A stretch of DNA of 64,000 nucleotides from Dehalococcoidia bacterium (lineage in GTDB: Bacteria > Chloroflexota > Dehalococcoidia > Lucifugimonadales > UBA3495), in contig JASLXV010000058.1 of assembly GCA_030740155.1 (NCBI GenBank), positions 22,407-86,406 on the forward strand, written 5' to 3'. The translations under genes were made by a program, and so were the position numbers. The stretch's first letter is position 1, and each line of letters opens with the position of its first letter. The notes below the pieces were generated by a model. That model was given only the letters and a program-made list of their open reading frames with translations. It ran no database searches and had not been told where the DNA came from. Shown one piece after another: positions 9,646 through 16,954 of this stretch.

Positions 9646-10775
9646 CAGCGGTCCACCTCGCCCAGCACGATGTCCAGCGACCCTAGGATCACCACGGAGT
9701 CGGCCAGCCAGACGCCATTCAGCATGTGCTTGATGGCGGAGAGGTTGCAGAAAGAGGGAGGCCTGATCTTAACCCGGTAGGGCTTGTCGGTGCCGTCGCA
9801 GACTAGGTAAACGCCCAGTTCACCCCGAGGGTTTTCCGTTCGTACGAAGATCTCCCCTTTCGGCGGGCGGATTAGCCGCCGCCCCAGAGAAGAGGCGACG
9901 TTCCCTCCGGGCATCTGCTCCACCGCCTGACGAACGATCTTCAATGACTCGTACATCTCCTGGACCCGTATGTAGTAGCGATCCCAACAATCGCCGTCCA
10001 GCCCGATCGGCACGTCGAAGTCGAAGCGGTCGTAAACCCCATAGGGCTCAGCCTTGCGCAGGTCGTAGGACACCCCGCAGGCCCTGAGGCAAGGGCCGGT
10101 GAAACCGTAATCGATGGCGTCTTCTACGGAGATGGCCCCAACCTCCTTGAGCCGCGCCAGGAATATCTCGTTGAAAGTTAAGAGCCGGTCCACCTCCGCC
10201 ACGTCCTCGTGGATTACCGGCAGAAGTGTGGCGATCTGCTCATCGAAGTCTTCCGGCAGGTCCTCCTTCAGACCTCCGATGAGGAAATAGTTGTGCATAA
10301 TCCTGGCGCCGGAGACGGCCTCGAAGAGCGCCTGGATGCGCTCTCTCCCCCGGAAGCAGATCATGGATGGCGTCATGGCCCCGGCATCCAGGCCCATGGT
10401 GGCCACGAACAGCAGATGGCTCGCGATGCGGTTCAGCTCACACAGTATGACCCGAATGTATTCGACCCGCTCGGGCACTTTGAGCCCCATCAGCTTTTCC
10501 ACGGCCATGCAATAGGCCTGCTCGTTGTTGAAGTTGGCGATGTAATCCATCCGGTCGAAGAGGGTAATAACCTGGTGGAACTGCTCCCCTTCGCACAACT
10601 TCTCTGAGCCCCGATGGAGATAGCCGATATGGGGCTCCAGGTCCACGATCTTTTCGCCATCAACCCATAGCAATAGGCGAAACACCCCGTGGGTGGACGG
10701 GTGTTGTGGGCCCATGTTGAGCAGCATCTCCAGGGGTTCGCCGCTCGGTTTTGGTTGGCTGCGAATTTCTGCCAT
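9645..10775 (-). CDS. nuoD: NADH-quinone oxidoreductase subunit D
   Basis: 376-aa ORF with the LNMGPQHPSTHGVFRL signature. It ends in SLDIVLGEVDR, typical of NuoD/49-kDa subunits. Confidence 0.95.
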   Translation of the reverse strand: MAEIRSQPKPSGEPLEMLLNMGPQHPSTHGVFRLLLWVDGEKIVDLEPHIGYLHRGSEKLCEGEQFHQVITLFDRMDYIANFNNEQAYCMAVEKLMGLKVPERVEYIRVILCELNRIASHLLFVATMGLDAGAMTPSMICFRGRERIQALFEAVSGARIMHNYFLIGGLKEDLPEDFDEQIATLLPVIHEDVAEVDRLLTFNEIFLARLKEVGAISVEDAIDYGFTGPCLRACGVSYDLRKAEPYGVYDRFDFDVPIGLDGDCWDRYYIRVQEMYESLKIVRQAVEQMPGGNVASSLGRRLIRPPKGEIFVRTENPRGELGVYLVCDGTDKPYRVKIRPPSFCNLSAIKHMLNGVWLADSVVILGSLDIVLGEVDR

Positions 10776-10891
10776 ATCGAAGAGTTTACTCGGCGCGTTG
10801 AGCGCCAGCTAGGGCCATTCAGGCCCCGATTTTCGATCCAACCGGCGGCTGACCGCCGGGGTGGGCCCCATCAGCCTGGAGTCCGGCCGGG

Positions 10892-11137
10892 CTACTCCAC
10901 GAATTCCAATTGCAACTCCGTATCCTCTTCCACCCCGACAAATCCGGCTTGAGCCAGAGCCTGTTCCAGGCCATCCTGCCCGTCGTGGGTCTCGATCCAG
11001 CCTCGCATGACGTGGACCAGTTGGTCCTGTGCTTCCCTCACCGTATCCCCCGAGCCCTTCAACGGCAGTTGGTCCACGCTGGCCACGAAGCTGTCGTTCT
11101 CCCAGACCACCCGGGCGGTCAAGACCAACCGTTCCAT
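10892..11137 (-). CDS. HicB-like / UPF0150-family small protein inserted between nuoC and nuoD
   Basis: 81-82 aa: MERLVLTARVVWENDSFVASVDQLPLKGSGDTVREAQDQLVHVMRGWIETH.... The pattern (strand-strand, then 'G-x-T-x-x-E-A' and a helix) resembles HicB N-terminal/UPF0150 domains. It starts 6 nt after the nuoC stop. Confidence 0.45.
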   Translation of the reverse strand: MERLVLTARVVWENDSFVASVDQLPLKGSGDTVREAQDQLVHVMRGWIETHDGQDGLEQALAQAGFVGVEEDTELQLEFVE

Positions 11138-11143
11138 CACCCG

Positions 11144-11632
11144 CTAGAACTCCTGATAGTCGTGGAATGGATACTCTCTCCGGCCGGGAAACCCGTCAAA
11201 CCCTTCGTACAGCAAGAGAGGAGTCAAGCCGGGGTGGCCGTCAAACTGCACGCCATAGAGTTCGTGGGCCTCGCGCTCGTACCACTCCGCAGCCCTCCAG
11301 ACCGGGGCCACCGACGGCACGCGGGGATCATCACTGGGTACATTGGTCTTGACAACCAGAATCCTTTCCGGCTCGAAGGAACGCAGGAAGTAGACGAGTT
11401 GGAAATACTCCTCGTAGTCCACGCAGGCCAGGCACAGCAGCTGATGCAATGCCAGCCTGGAGTCCTCCTTGGCCAACCGGCACACCATCGCGGTGTTCCC
11501 AGGTTCGATGGTTATCTGCGGGAGGTCGTGGAGGACGCCGGGCTTCGGATGGAATTCTTTTAACACGTCTTCGGAAACTGCCAGCAGCTTCCGGTTGGAC
11601 TGGCTCAGGCTCTGGAATTCAGCCTGAGCCAT
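11144..11632 (-). CDS. nuoC: NADH-quinone oxidoreductase subunit C
   Basis: Conserved AEWYEREAHELYGVQFDGHPGL motif. Start set at the internal ATG (MAQAEF...), which avoids overlap with nuoB; the ORF-track start at 11752 lies inside nuoB. Confidence 0.85.
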   Translation of the reverse strand: MAQAEFQSLSQSNRKLLAVSEDVLKEFHPKPGVLHDLPQITIEPGNTAMVCRLAKEDSRLALHQLLCLACVDYEEYFQLVYFLRSFEPERILVVKTNVPSDDPRVPSVAPVWRAAEWYEREAHELYGVQFDGHPGLTPLLLYEGFDGFPGRREYPFHDYQEF

Positions 11633-11651
11633 ATCCGATGGCTGGGTGTTA

Positions 11652-12176
11652 CTATTTTCCGCCACTCTCTCTGGCGTCCTGCATGATTTTTTCCTGGAGC
11701 TTGAGGATACCGTACAGCAGTGCCTCTGGGCGAGGAGGACAGCCCGGGACATACACGTCCACGGGAATAACGTGGTCTACCCCCATTACCACCGAGTAGG
11801 ACCGGTAGTAGGGCCCTCCGTTGGTGGCGCAACTGCCCATGGCGATAACCCATTTCGGCTCGGGCATCTGCTCGTAGAGAAGCCGGATCGGGTCCGCCAT
11901 CTTCTTGACCACCGTCCCCGCGACTATCATCACGTCCGACTGGCGGGGCGAGGGCCACGTTACCACGCCGAACCGGTCGAAGTCGTAATGGGCCATATAG
12001 GTGGACATCATCTCAATGGCACAGCAAGCCAGCCCAAAGCTCAGCATCCAGAGGGAGGACTTCCGGGCCATGGCAAACAACTGATCCGTGGTGGTGGTGA
12101 TTACGCCGGGTACCTTTCCGGCCAATACCTGATTCAACAGGGTCGGAGCGGGACGATTTCCCTGTCCCGGAGTCAC
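11652..12176 (-). CDS. nuoB: NADH-quinone oxidoreductase subunit B
   Basis: [20 protein letters not shown] and [10 protein letters not shown] cluster-N2 ligand motifs. GTG at 12176 overlaps the nuoA TGA (GTGA); the 255-aa ORF-track version over-extends into nuoA. Confidence 0.9.
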   Translation of the reverse strand: MTPGQGNRPAPTLLNQVLAGKVPGVITTTTDQLFAMARKSSLWMLSFGLACCAIEMMSTYMAHYDFDRFGVVTWPSPRQSDVMIVAGTVVKKMADPIRLLYEQMPEPKWVIAMGSCATNGGPYYRSYSVVMGVDHVIPVDVYVPGCPPRPEALLYGILKLQEKIMQDARESGGK

Positions 12177-12577
12177 CTCTGCCACTCGAGGGACCCCTTC
12201 TTCCAGGCGTAAACTATCGCGAAGGAGAGCACGCCCAGGAACAGCATCATGGCGTAGAAAGGGACCGAGTTCGCTTCGGTGATTTTTTGTTCCAAGAAGA
12301 TGACGGCCCAGGGGAACAGGAATACGGCTTCCACGTCGAAGATCAGAAAGAGAATGGCGAAGATGTAAAACCGGACGTGGATGTTGGACCATACGTACTT
12401 GGCGGCGGGGATGCCGCATTCGTAGGAGGTAAGCTTCAACTCGGACCGCCGCCGGGATGACATAACCCGCGACGCCCCGAACATACCACCGATGGCCGCC
12501 ACCGCGATGGCCGCGGCGAAAGCAACCGCAGTCCAGTTCTCGGCGAACAGGTCTGCATTGAAAGCTAGGAGGATCAT
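12173..12577 (-). CDS. nuoA: NADH-quinone oxidoreductase subunit A
   Basis: SYECGI and [15 protein letters not shown] motifs. Start set at ATG 12577 (MILLAFN...), about 70 nt downstream of a near-consensus promoter. Confidence 0.9.
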   Translation of the reverse strand: MILLAFNADLFAENWTAVAFAAAIAVAAIGGMFGASRVMSSRRRSELKLTSYECGIPAAKYVWSNIHVRFYIFAILFLIFDVEAVFLFPWAVIFLEQKITEANSVPFYAMMLFLGVLSFAIVYAWKKGSLEWQR

Positions 12578-12654
12578 ACTGGGGTGAAGTGCCACACCTT
12601 CGGGGTTGGGTACCCGGCAGTCAACAGGAAATCCGGGGCCGAGACCTTGGAACA

Positions 12655-12683
12655 AATATACATCGGCTGGGGTTTAGTGTCAA
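12655..12683 (-). promoter_or_regulatory. Candidate sigma-70-type promoter of the nuo operon
   Basis: The minus strand reads TTGACA-ctaaaccccagccgatg(17 nt)-TATATT. It sits between the stop of the upstream gene (12721) and the nuoA ATG (12577). Confidence 0.55.
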
Positions 12684-12720
12684 TTCAAAATGCCCGGCAT
12701 CCACGCTCGCCACGGCCCGG

Positions 12721-13851
12721 TCAAGCCCTGGAACGCAGGGCAGTGGAAGAGATGTCCGCCCGGAACCGGGATTCTGGGATGCCCTGGAAAAGGGGGCCGA
12801 AAACCGAGGGGATCCCCACGTCTTCCAGGGTGCGAAAAGCGCCGCCCTCCTCCCGGCCAGCCACCAGAAAGCGGCACCCGGCAACCGATATCCGGGCCAG
12901 CGCCAGAAGCATTTCAGACGCGTCTCCGCCGTAATATCGGGGCGCCACCAGCCGTACCGCCGTATCCCAGCCGATGACGAAGGTGCACCCCGGAAACAGG
13001 TCGGCCTTCTTCCGAAAAATCTCTGCCCGGGTCAGCACAACCCTCTCCCCGCCGGTAAATTGCTTCAGCCGCCGCCTGACTTCGGCCTCGGCGAGGGGCG
13101 GTTTGTCCACGTTGGTGACCGACAGCTCGAAGGCCACGTCGGCGCCCAGGATTTCGGCGGCGGTGCGAGCCAACTCCCGATGGCCCCGGTGCAACGGCCC
13201 GAAGGACCCCGACAGCACGGCCGCGGGAGCTGCTCCGTCAACGGTTATCCGGCCGTCGGGTTCCAGGGTCACGGTATCGGCTTCGCCGGACAGCAGACGC
13301 TTCAGGGGATCGGGGTGGCCCGCGTGGCGGTGGGTGAGGTCGTCGGCGTCGCTCAAGCCCGGGAGGCCCGATTCGACCCCGCAGGCCTCCGCCAGAGCGT
13401 GGATCAGCAGTTGGCTCACCAGTTCTTCCTCGCCGGTCCGGTCCCGGTGGCTCTTGGCCAGGCGGAGGTTGTAGGAAGCCGCTCCGGATTCGTCCCAGGT
13501 GGCGATATAGCAGCGGTGGGCGCCCCGTTTCGGCCGGTCGGTGGCGATGGTGGCGGTGCAGGCCAGGCCAATAACCGGAGGATCACCTTCCCTGAGGCGC
13601 ATCCCACGCCGGAAGGCGGCTCGGGCCATGGCTCGGGCGGCTTCCGGGGACACGAATTGGTCCGGCTCACCCCCGAGAAGGTCGATCATCGAAAGCCGCC
13701 CGTAGGGCACCACCACCTCCAGGACGGTGCGGGATGCTCCGGCAACGCCCAAGAGCCAGGCAACCGCCTGGCTGCCCGCGCCGGAGACGGCTAGTACCGC
13801 CTGCCCCGGCGAATCATGGATCCTGCGGATCACGTCTTCGACGGCACTCAT
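12721..13851 (-). CDS. Fusion protein: degenerate CinA/PncC-like N-terminal domain plus NadD/NMNAT-type nucleotidyltransferase C-terminal domain
   Basis: The C-terminal half carries GSFGPLHRGH, the (H/T)xGH nucleotidyltransferase motif, and a terminal ISSTALR (ISSTxxR motif). The N-terminal half (AVSGAGSQAVAWLLGVAGASRTVLEVVVPYG...IGLACTATIATDRPKRG) resembles the CinA C-terminal fold. Start set at ATG 13851 (MSAVEDV...), because the upstream part of the ORF-track version overlaps the neighbouring gene. Confidence 0.55.
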   Translation of the reverse strand: MSAVEDVIRRIHDSPGQAVLAVSGAGSQAVAWLLGVAGASRTVLEVVVPYGRLSMIDLLGGEPDQFVSPEAARAMARAAFRRGMRLREGDPPVIGLACTATIATDRPKRGAHRCYIATWDESGAASYNLRLAKSHRDRTGEEELVSQLLIHALAEACGVESGLPGLSDADDLTHRHAGHPDPLKRLLSGEADTVTLEPDGRITVDGAAPAAVLSGSFGPLHRGHRELARTAAEILGADVAFELSVTNVDKPPLAEAEVRRRLKQFTGGERVVLTRAEIFRKKADLFPGCTFVIGWDTAVRLVAPRYYGGDASEMLLALARISVAGCRFLVAGREEGGAFRTLEDVGIPSVFGPLFQGIPESRFRADISSTALRSRA

Positions 13852-13954
13852 CTCCGAACGTGCTCCGATGGCCGGAGCGCCGGGCCGGCGATTGAGCCGG
13901 AGGCTGGCGGGCGCACGGAGAGTAAGGGTCGAACTGGGCGTGGTTTCGCGGCAA

Positions 13955-14545
13955 TCAATGGGGCTGGCCGCCCGGCTGCCAGGGGGTGTAATCAATCTCG
14001 CCCATCCGGGACATGGAGTGCTGCATCTCTTTGCCAATCTTCAGCATCCAGGCCGCCATCACCTGAGGAGGCAACCGGCGGGCCGCGTCTCGCCACCATA
14101 GGGGCTCGCCCTCGGTGACGGTGTCGCCCTCGATCACCTCACCCAGGAAACAGGTCATGTCGCCGGCGTCCATGGCGTTGACCACCCGGCAGTCCAGATA
14201 CCCCCAGCAGTCCTGGAGGACCGGGCTGCCCGATGATTTCAGATCGTACGCCACCTTGGATAGCTTGTCCTGGTCCCGGCCCGATACCAGACCAAATCCG
14301 GTGATCAGATCGAGTTGGTCCTGGCGGAGAAAGTTCACCGCGAAGGCCCCGCTGCCGCAGATCAGGCCGTGGCTGTAGTTCCGTTTGTATATCTGCACGA
14401 TCACCCGGGGCATGCTGGGCACGATGGACGCGGCGCCGATGGCCACCGCGATCTGGCCGTTGGGTTTCCCCTGCCACTGGCTGGTCACCACGGCAATGGG
14501 AGACCACAGGTGGCCCATCAGGCGTGTAATGCGGCTATGGTCCAT
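13955..14545 (-). CDS. Flavin reductase family protein (FMN-binding split barrel)
   Basis: 196-aa ORF. SPIAVVTSQWQGKPNGQIAVAIGAASIVP...FAVNFL matches the flavin reductase-like domain pattern. Confidence 0.7.
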   Translation of the reverse strand: MDHSRITRLMGHLWSPIAVVTSQWQGKPNGQIAVAIGAASIVPSMPRVIVQIYKRNYSHGLICGSGAFAVNFLRQDQLDLITGFGLVSGRDQDKLSKVAYDLKSSGSPVLQDCWGYLDCRVVNAMDAGDMTCFLGEVIEGDTVTEGEPLWWRDAARRLPPQVMAAWMLKIGKEMQHSMSRMGEIDYTPWQPGGQPH

Positions 14546-14806
14546 GGGATGCCTTCACGGTTTCCGTCTCTGTAGCGCCGCTGGAGCGCTCCTTCCCTGC
14601 CACGCTCCCGGCCTTGCTTCTCCGGAGTTTAACACCGCCGGTGGCGGAGGGTCTACCGCCCACTCGGTGCCTGTTCGTTCCTGCCCGGGTACCGCTTCCG
14701 GGGGTAAGCGGGCACGGAATCTACTGGGGGCATTCCAAGGGAAGGCCGTGCGCCTCGGCAGAATCAAGTGGGCGAGTAGGACCGCTGGTGAGTGAATGTT
14801 AGTCAA

Positions 14807-15050
14807 GTGTCTCGAAGATGGATTGATACCTGTTCTGTCATCCCGGCGATGGCTGGGACCCAGCCTCGGCTTCTCTGGTTTCCGGCTTTCGCCGGAATGA
14901 CGACGGTAGGAAACGGCGTCCCACCCGTCGTTCCGGCGCAGGCCGGAACCCAGGAAGGCAGGCTCTCATGCGGCTCTCGCCCCAGTGGCGGATGATGCGC
15001 CTGGATTCCAGCTTTCGCCGGAACGACGAACTTAAGAGGGAAAGCCGCAC
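14807..15050. repeat. Cluster of four short GC-rich hairpin units (TTCCGGC-N4-GCCGGAA type) with a 23-nt terminal sequence
   Basis: Hairpin units lie at 14841-14858, 14880-14897 (perfect), 14931-14948 (perfect) and 15006-15023. The leading 23-mer gtgtctcgaagatggattgatac recurs inverted at 52918-52939. Confidence 0.75.
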
Positions 15051-15112
15051 AATTTCGCCGTGGCGCCGGCCCTTGCTGGCCAGGTAGCTTCGTGGATGAC
15101 GGCAGGCCCGAG

Positions 15113-16138
15113 CTACCAGTCCGGTGAATGGTCCTCGGAAGTGTTGTTGGTGAGCCGGCGTTGTTGGCTGCCATCGGCGTTCATCACGAAGATTTCCCCG
15201 GCGCCGTACAGATGGGACACGAACGCGATCCCTTTGCCGTCCGGAGACCAGACCGGGGTCAGGTCGTCCGCCCCGTTGCTGGTCAGGCGGCGCTGTTTGG
15301 ACCCATCGCTCGGCATGGAATATATCTCGGCGTTGCCGTCCTGGTAAGAGACGAAAGCGATGGTTTTGCCGTCGGGAGACCAGACCGGCGAGACATCGTT
15401 CTCCTGGTGCGAGGTCAAACGTTCCACTTCGGGTTGGTCTTGCCAGGAGCCGTTCTTCGGTTTGCGGGCGATCCAGATATCGGCCGACCCGTCAACGGTC
15501 CGCATGAAAGCGATCTCCCGGCCGTTGGCCGACCAGGCGGGGTCCGAGTCCTCCTCGAAGGTCAGGTGAACCAGGTTCACTCCATCTGGGTTGCGCAGCC
15601 ACAGCCCCTTCTCCGGGTCGTCCGGTTTCCGGAAGAAGACCAGCCACTGGCCGTCGGGCGACCAGTCTCCCAGACGGTCTTCGGCGGTGTTCGACGTTAC
15701 CCGGGTCAGATTGCCGCCCTCGGAGTTCATCAGGTAGACTTCCGGGTTGTCATCCCGTTGGGAGACGAAGGCGAGCCGGTCGCCGCTCGGGGACCAACGT
15801 GGGGAGCGCTCATCGCCGACGCTATGGGTCAGCCGGGTGAGGGTCTCCCCTTCCCGGTCCACCAGGTTGACTTCCAAATCACCGGCCTGGTCGGACAGAT
15901 AGACGATGTTCTTGCCGTCGGGAGACCAACGCGGACCGAAGTCGCGGCCCCGGTTGTCGGTCAGCGGGGTACTCTCGCCCGACTCGGCGTCCAGTGAGTA
16001 GATCTCCTCGTCACCGTCCACCACGGAGACGAAAACGATCATGCTGCCGGAGGACGACCCACAGGCGGAAACGGCCAAGGCCGCAACCAAAGCCAGAAGC
16101 AATATCAACTTCCGCACGCTGCTAAATCCGTCCATCAC
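15113..16138 (-). CDS. TolB-like beta-propeller lipoprotein (PD40/WD40-like repeats)
   Basis: Signal peptide with lipobox (LAVSAC), followed by six or more repeats of the 'sPxWSPDGkxiaFvS' PD40 motif (RWSPDGKNIVYLS, RWSPSGDRLAFVS, VWSPDGKTIAFVS, VWSPDGKGIAFVS). Confidence 0.75.
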   Translation of the reverse strand: MMDGFSSVRKLILLLALVAALAVSACGSSSGSMIVFVSVVDGDEEIYSLDAESGESTPLTDNRGRDFGPRWSPDGKNIVYLSDQAGDLEVNLVDREGETLTRLTHSVGDERSPRWSPSGDRLAFVSQRDDNPEVYLMNSEGGNLTRVTSNTAEDRLGDWSPDGQWLVFFRKPDDPEKGLWLRNPDGVNLVHLTFEEDSDPAWSANGREIAFMRTVDGSADIWIARKPKNGSWQDQPEVERLTSHQENDVSPVWSPDGKTIAFVSYQDGNAEIYSMPSDGSKQRRLTSNGADDLTPVWSPDGKGIAFVSHLYGAGEIFVMNADGSQQRRLTNNTSEDHSPDW

Positions 16139-16405
16139 ACACCCCTGGAGTGGCTAACGCGGGTCGCGGCGGGCGCTCTTCGCGGGGCCCTGTTCATTCC
16201 CGGCCGCTTAAGTTGATTATAGCCAAAAGCCTTCCAATTCATCCCCTTCGTTTCGACCGGGTTTGAATCAGAATCCCTTAACCGCTCTCCCCCTATTGTA
16301 AACGAGCCGGCGGAGGAATTACCGCCGGTTCGGGCCAATCCTGTTGAAAAGAGACGGGGCCGGCAGTCCCGTATTGGTGACGGCTATCGCGAAACCCAAG
16401 GTTAG

Positions 16406-16726
16406 ATCGCCGTTGGGGGAGCCCGCCGGGCCGGGGCAATTGAGAGTCCCGGCGTCAAAGACGTGTATACCTTTACGGCGGAGGCCGGACAGGTGGTGTT
16501 CTTCGATTTGCAGGACGTGTCGGGGCTGAGTGGTGTTGACTGGAAAGCCGTGGACCAGGACGGGACGGTGATCTTTGAAACCTGCATGAGGTGCGGGAGC
16601 CCGGGTGACCGGTTGTTGGAACGGGGCGGGGCCTACACCATTACGGTTGGGGAGAGCGGATCGGATGCCACCGGCAGCTACCGGCTCCAGGTGTGGGACG
16701 GGGCATCCCCGGCGAGTTCCCCCTAG
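16406..16726 (+). pseudogene. Remnant of a PPC/pre-peptidase-C-terminal-like beta-sandwich domain lacking a credible start
   Basis: The frame opens directly after a TAG at 16403. It reads ...GAIESPGVKDVYTFTAEAGQVVFFDLQDV...GGAYTITVGESGSDATGSYRLQVW. The only start codon (GTG 16463) lies inside the domain. An upstream frame (16344-) could join it by a frameshift. Confidence 0.3.
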
Positions 16727-16954
16727 CCGCCGGCGACGTTGCGGGCGGTGAAGATCCGGGCCGTGTACGGCTCTCTCCCGGAAGCGTCCACCGGGGATAG
16801 GCGCTGGCAGCGAGTGCGGATGTCGGCCCGGCTTGACAAGGGAGGCGCGCTTGATTAGCATCACAACGTTCCTCAGTCAATCCTGCCCCTGACACACCCC
16901 GGCGGAGCCATATCAGCAGGGCTGTTTGACGAAATGCGGCGCAGGAGGTGTCTC

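Noticed and set aside
14803-15174. ORFs 14803-15174(-), 14792-14995(+), 36478-36792(+), 42948-43448(+), 52720-52942 and others located in intergenic blocks.
   Set aside because: Their translations consist of the recurrent repeat-derived peptides (PAKAGIQ/SFRRKPE, PLSPTGRGAGGEG, GAQYIAPL). They are artefacts of the palindromic repeat families.
16319-16864. 181-aa minus-strand ORF between the TolB-like gene and the amidohydrolase gene.
   Set aside because: It has an Arg/Pro/Gly-rich low-complexity translation. It is antisense to the more protein-like PPC-domain remnant and has no start context.
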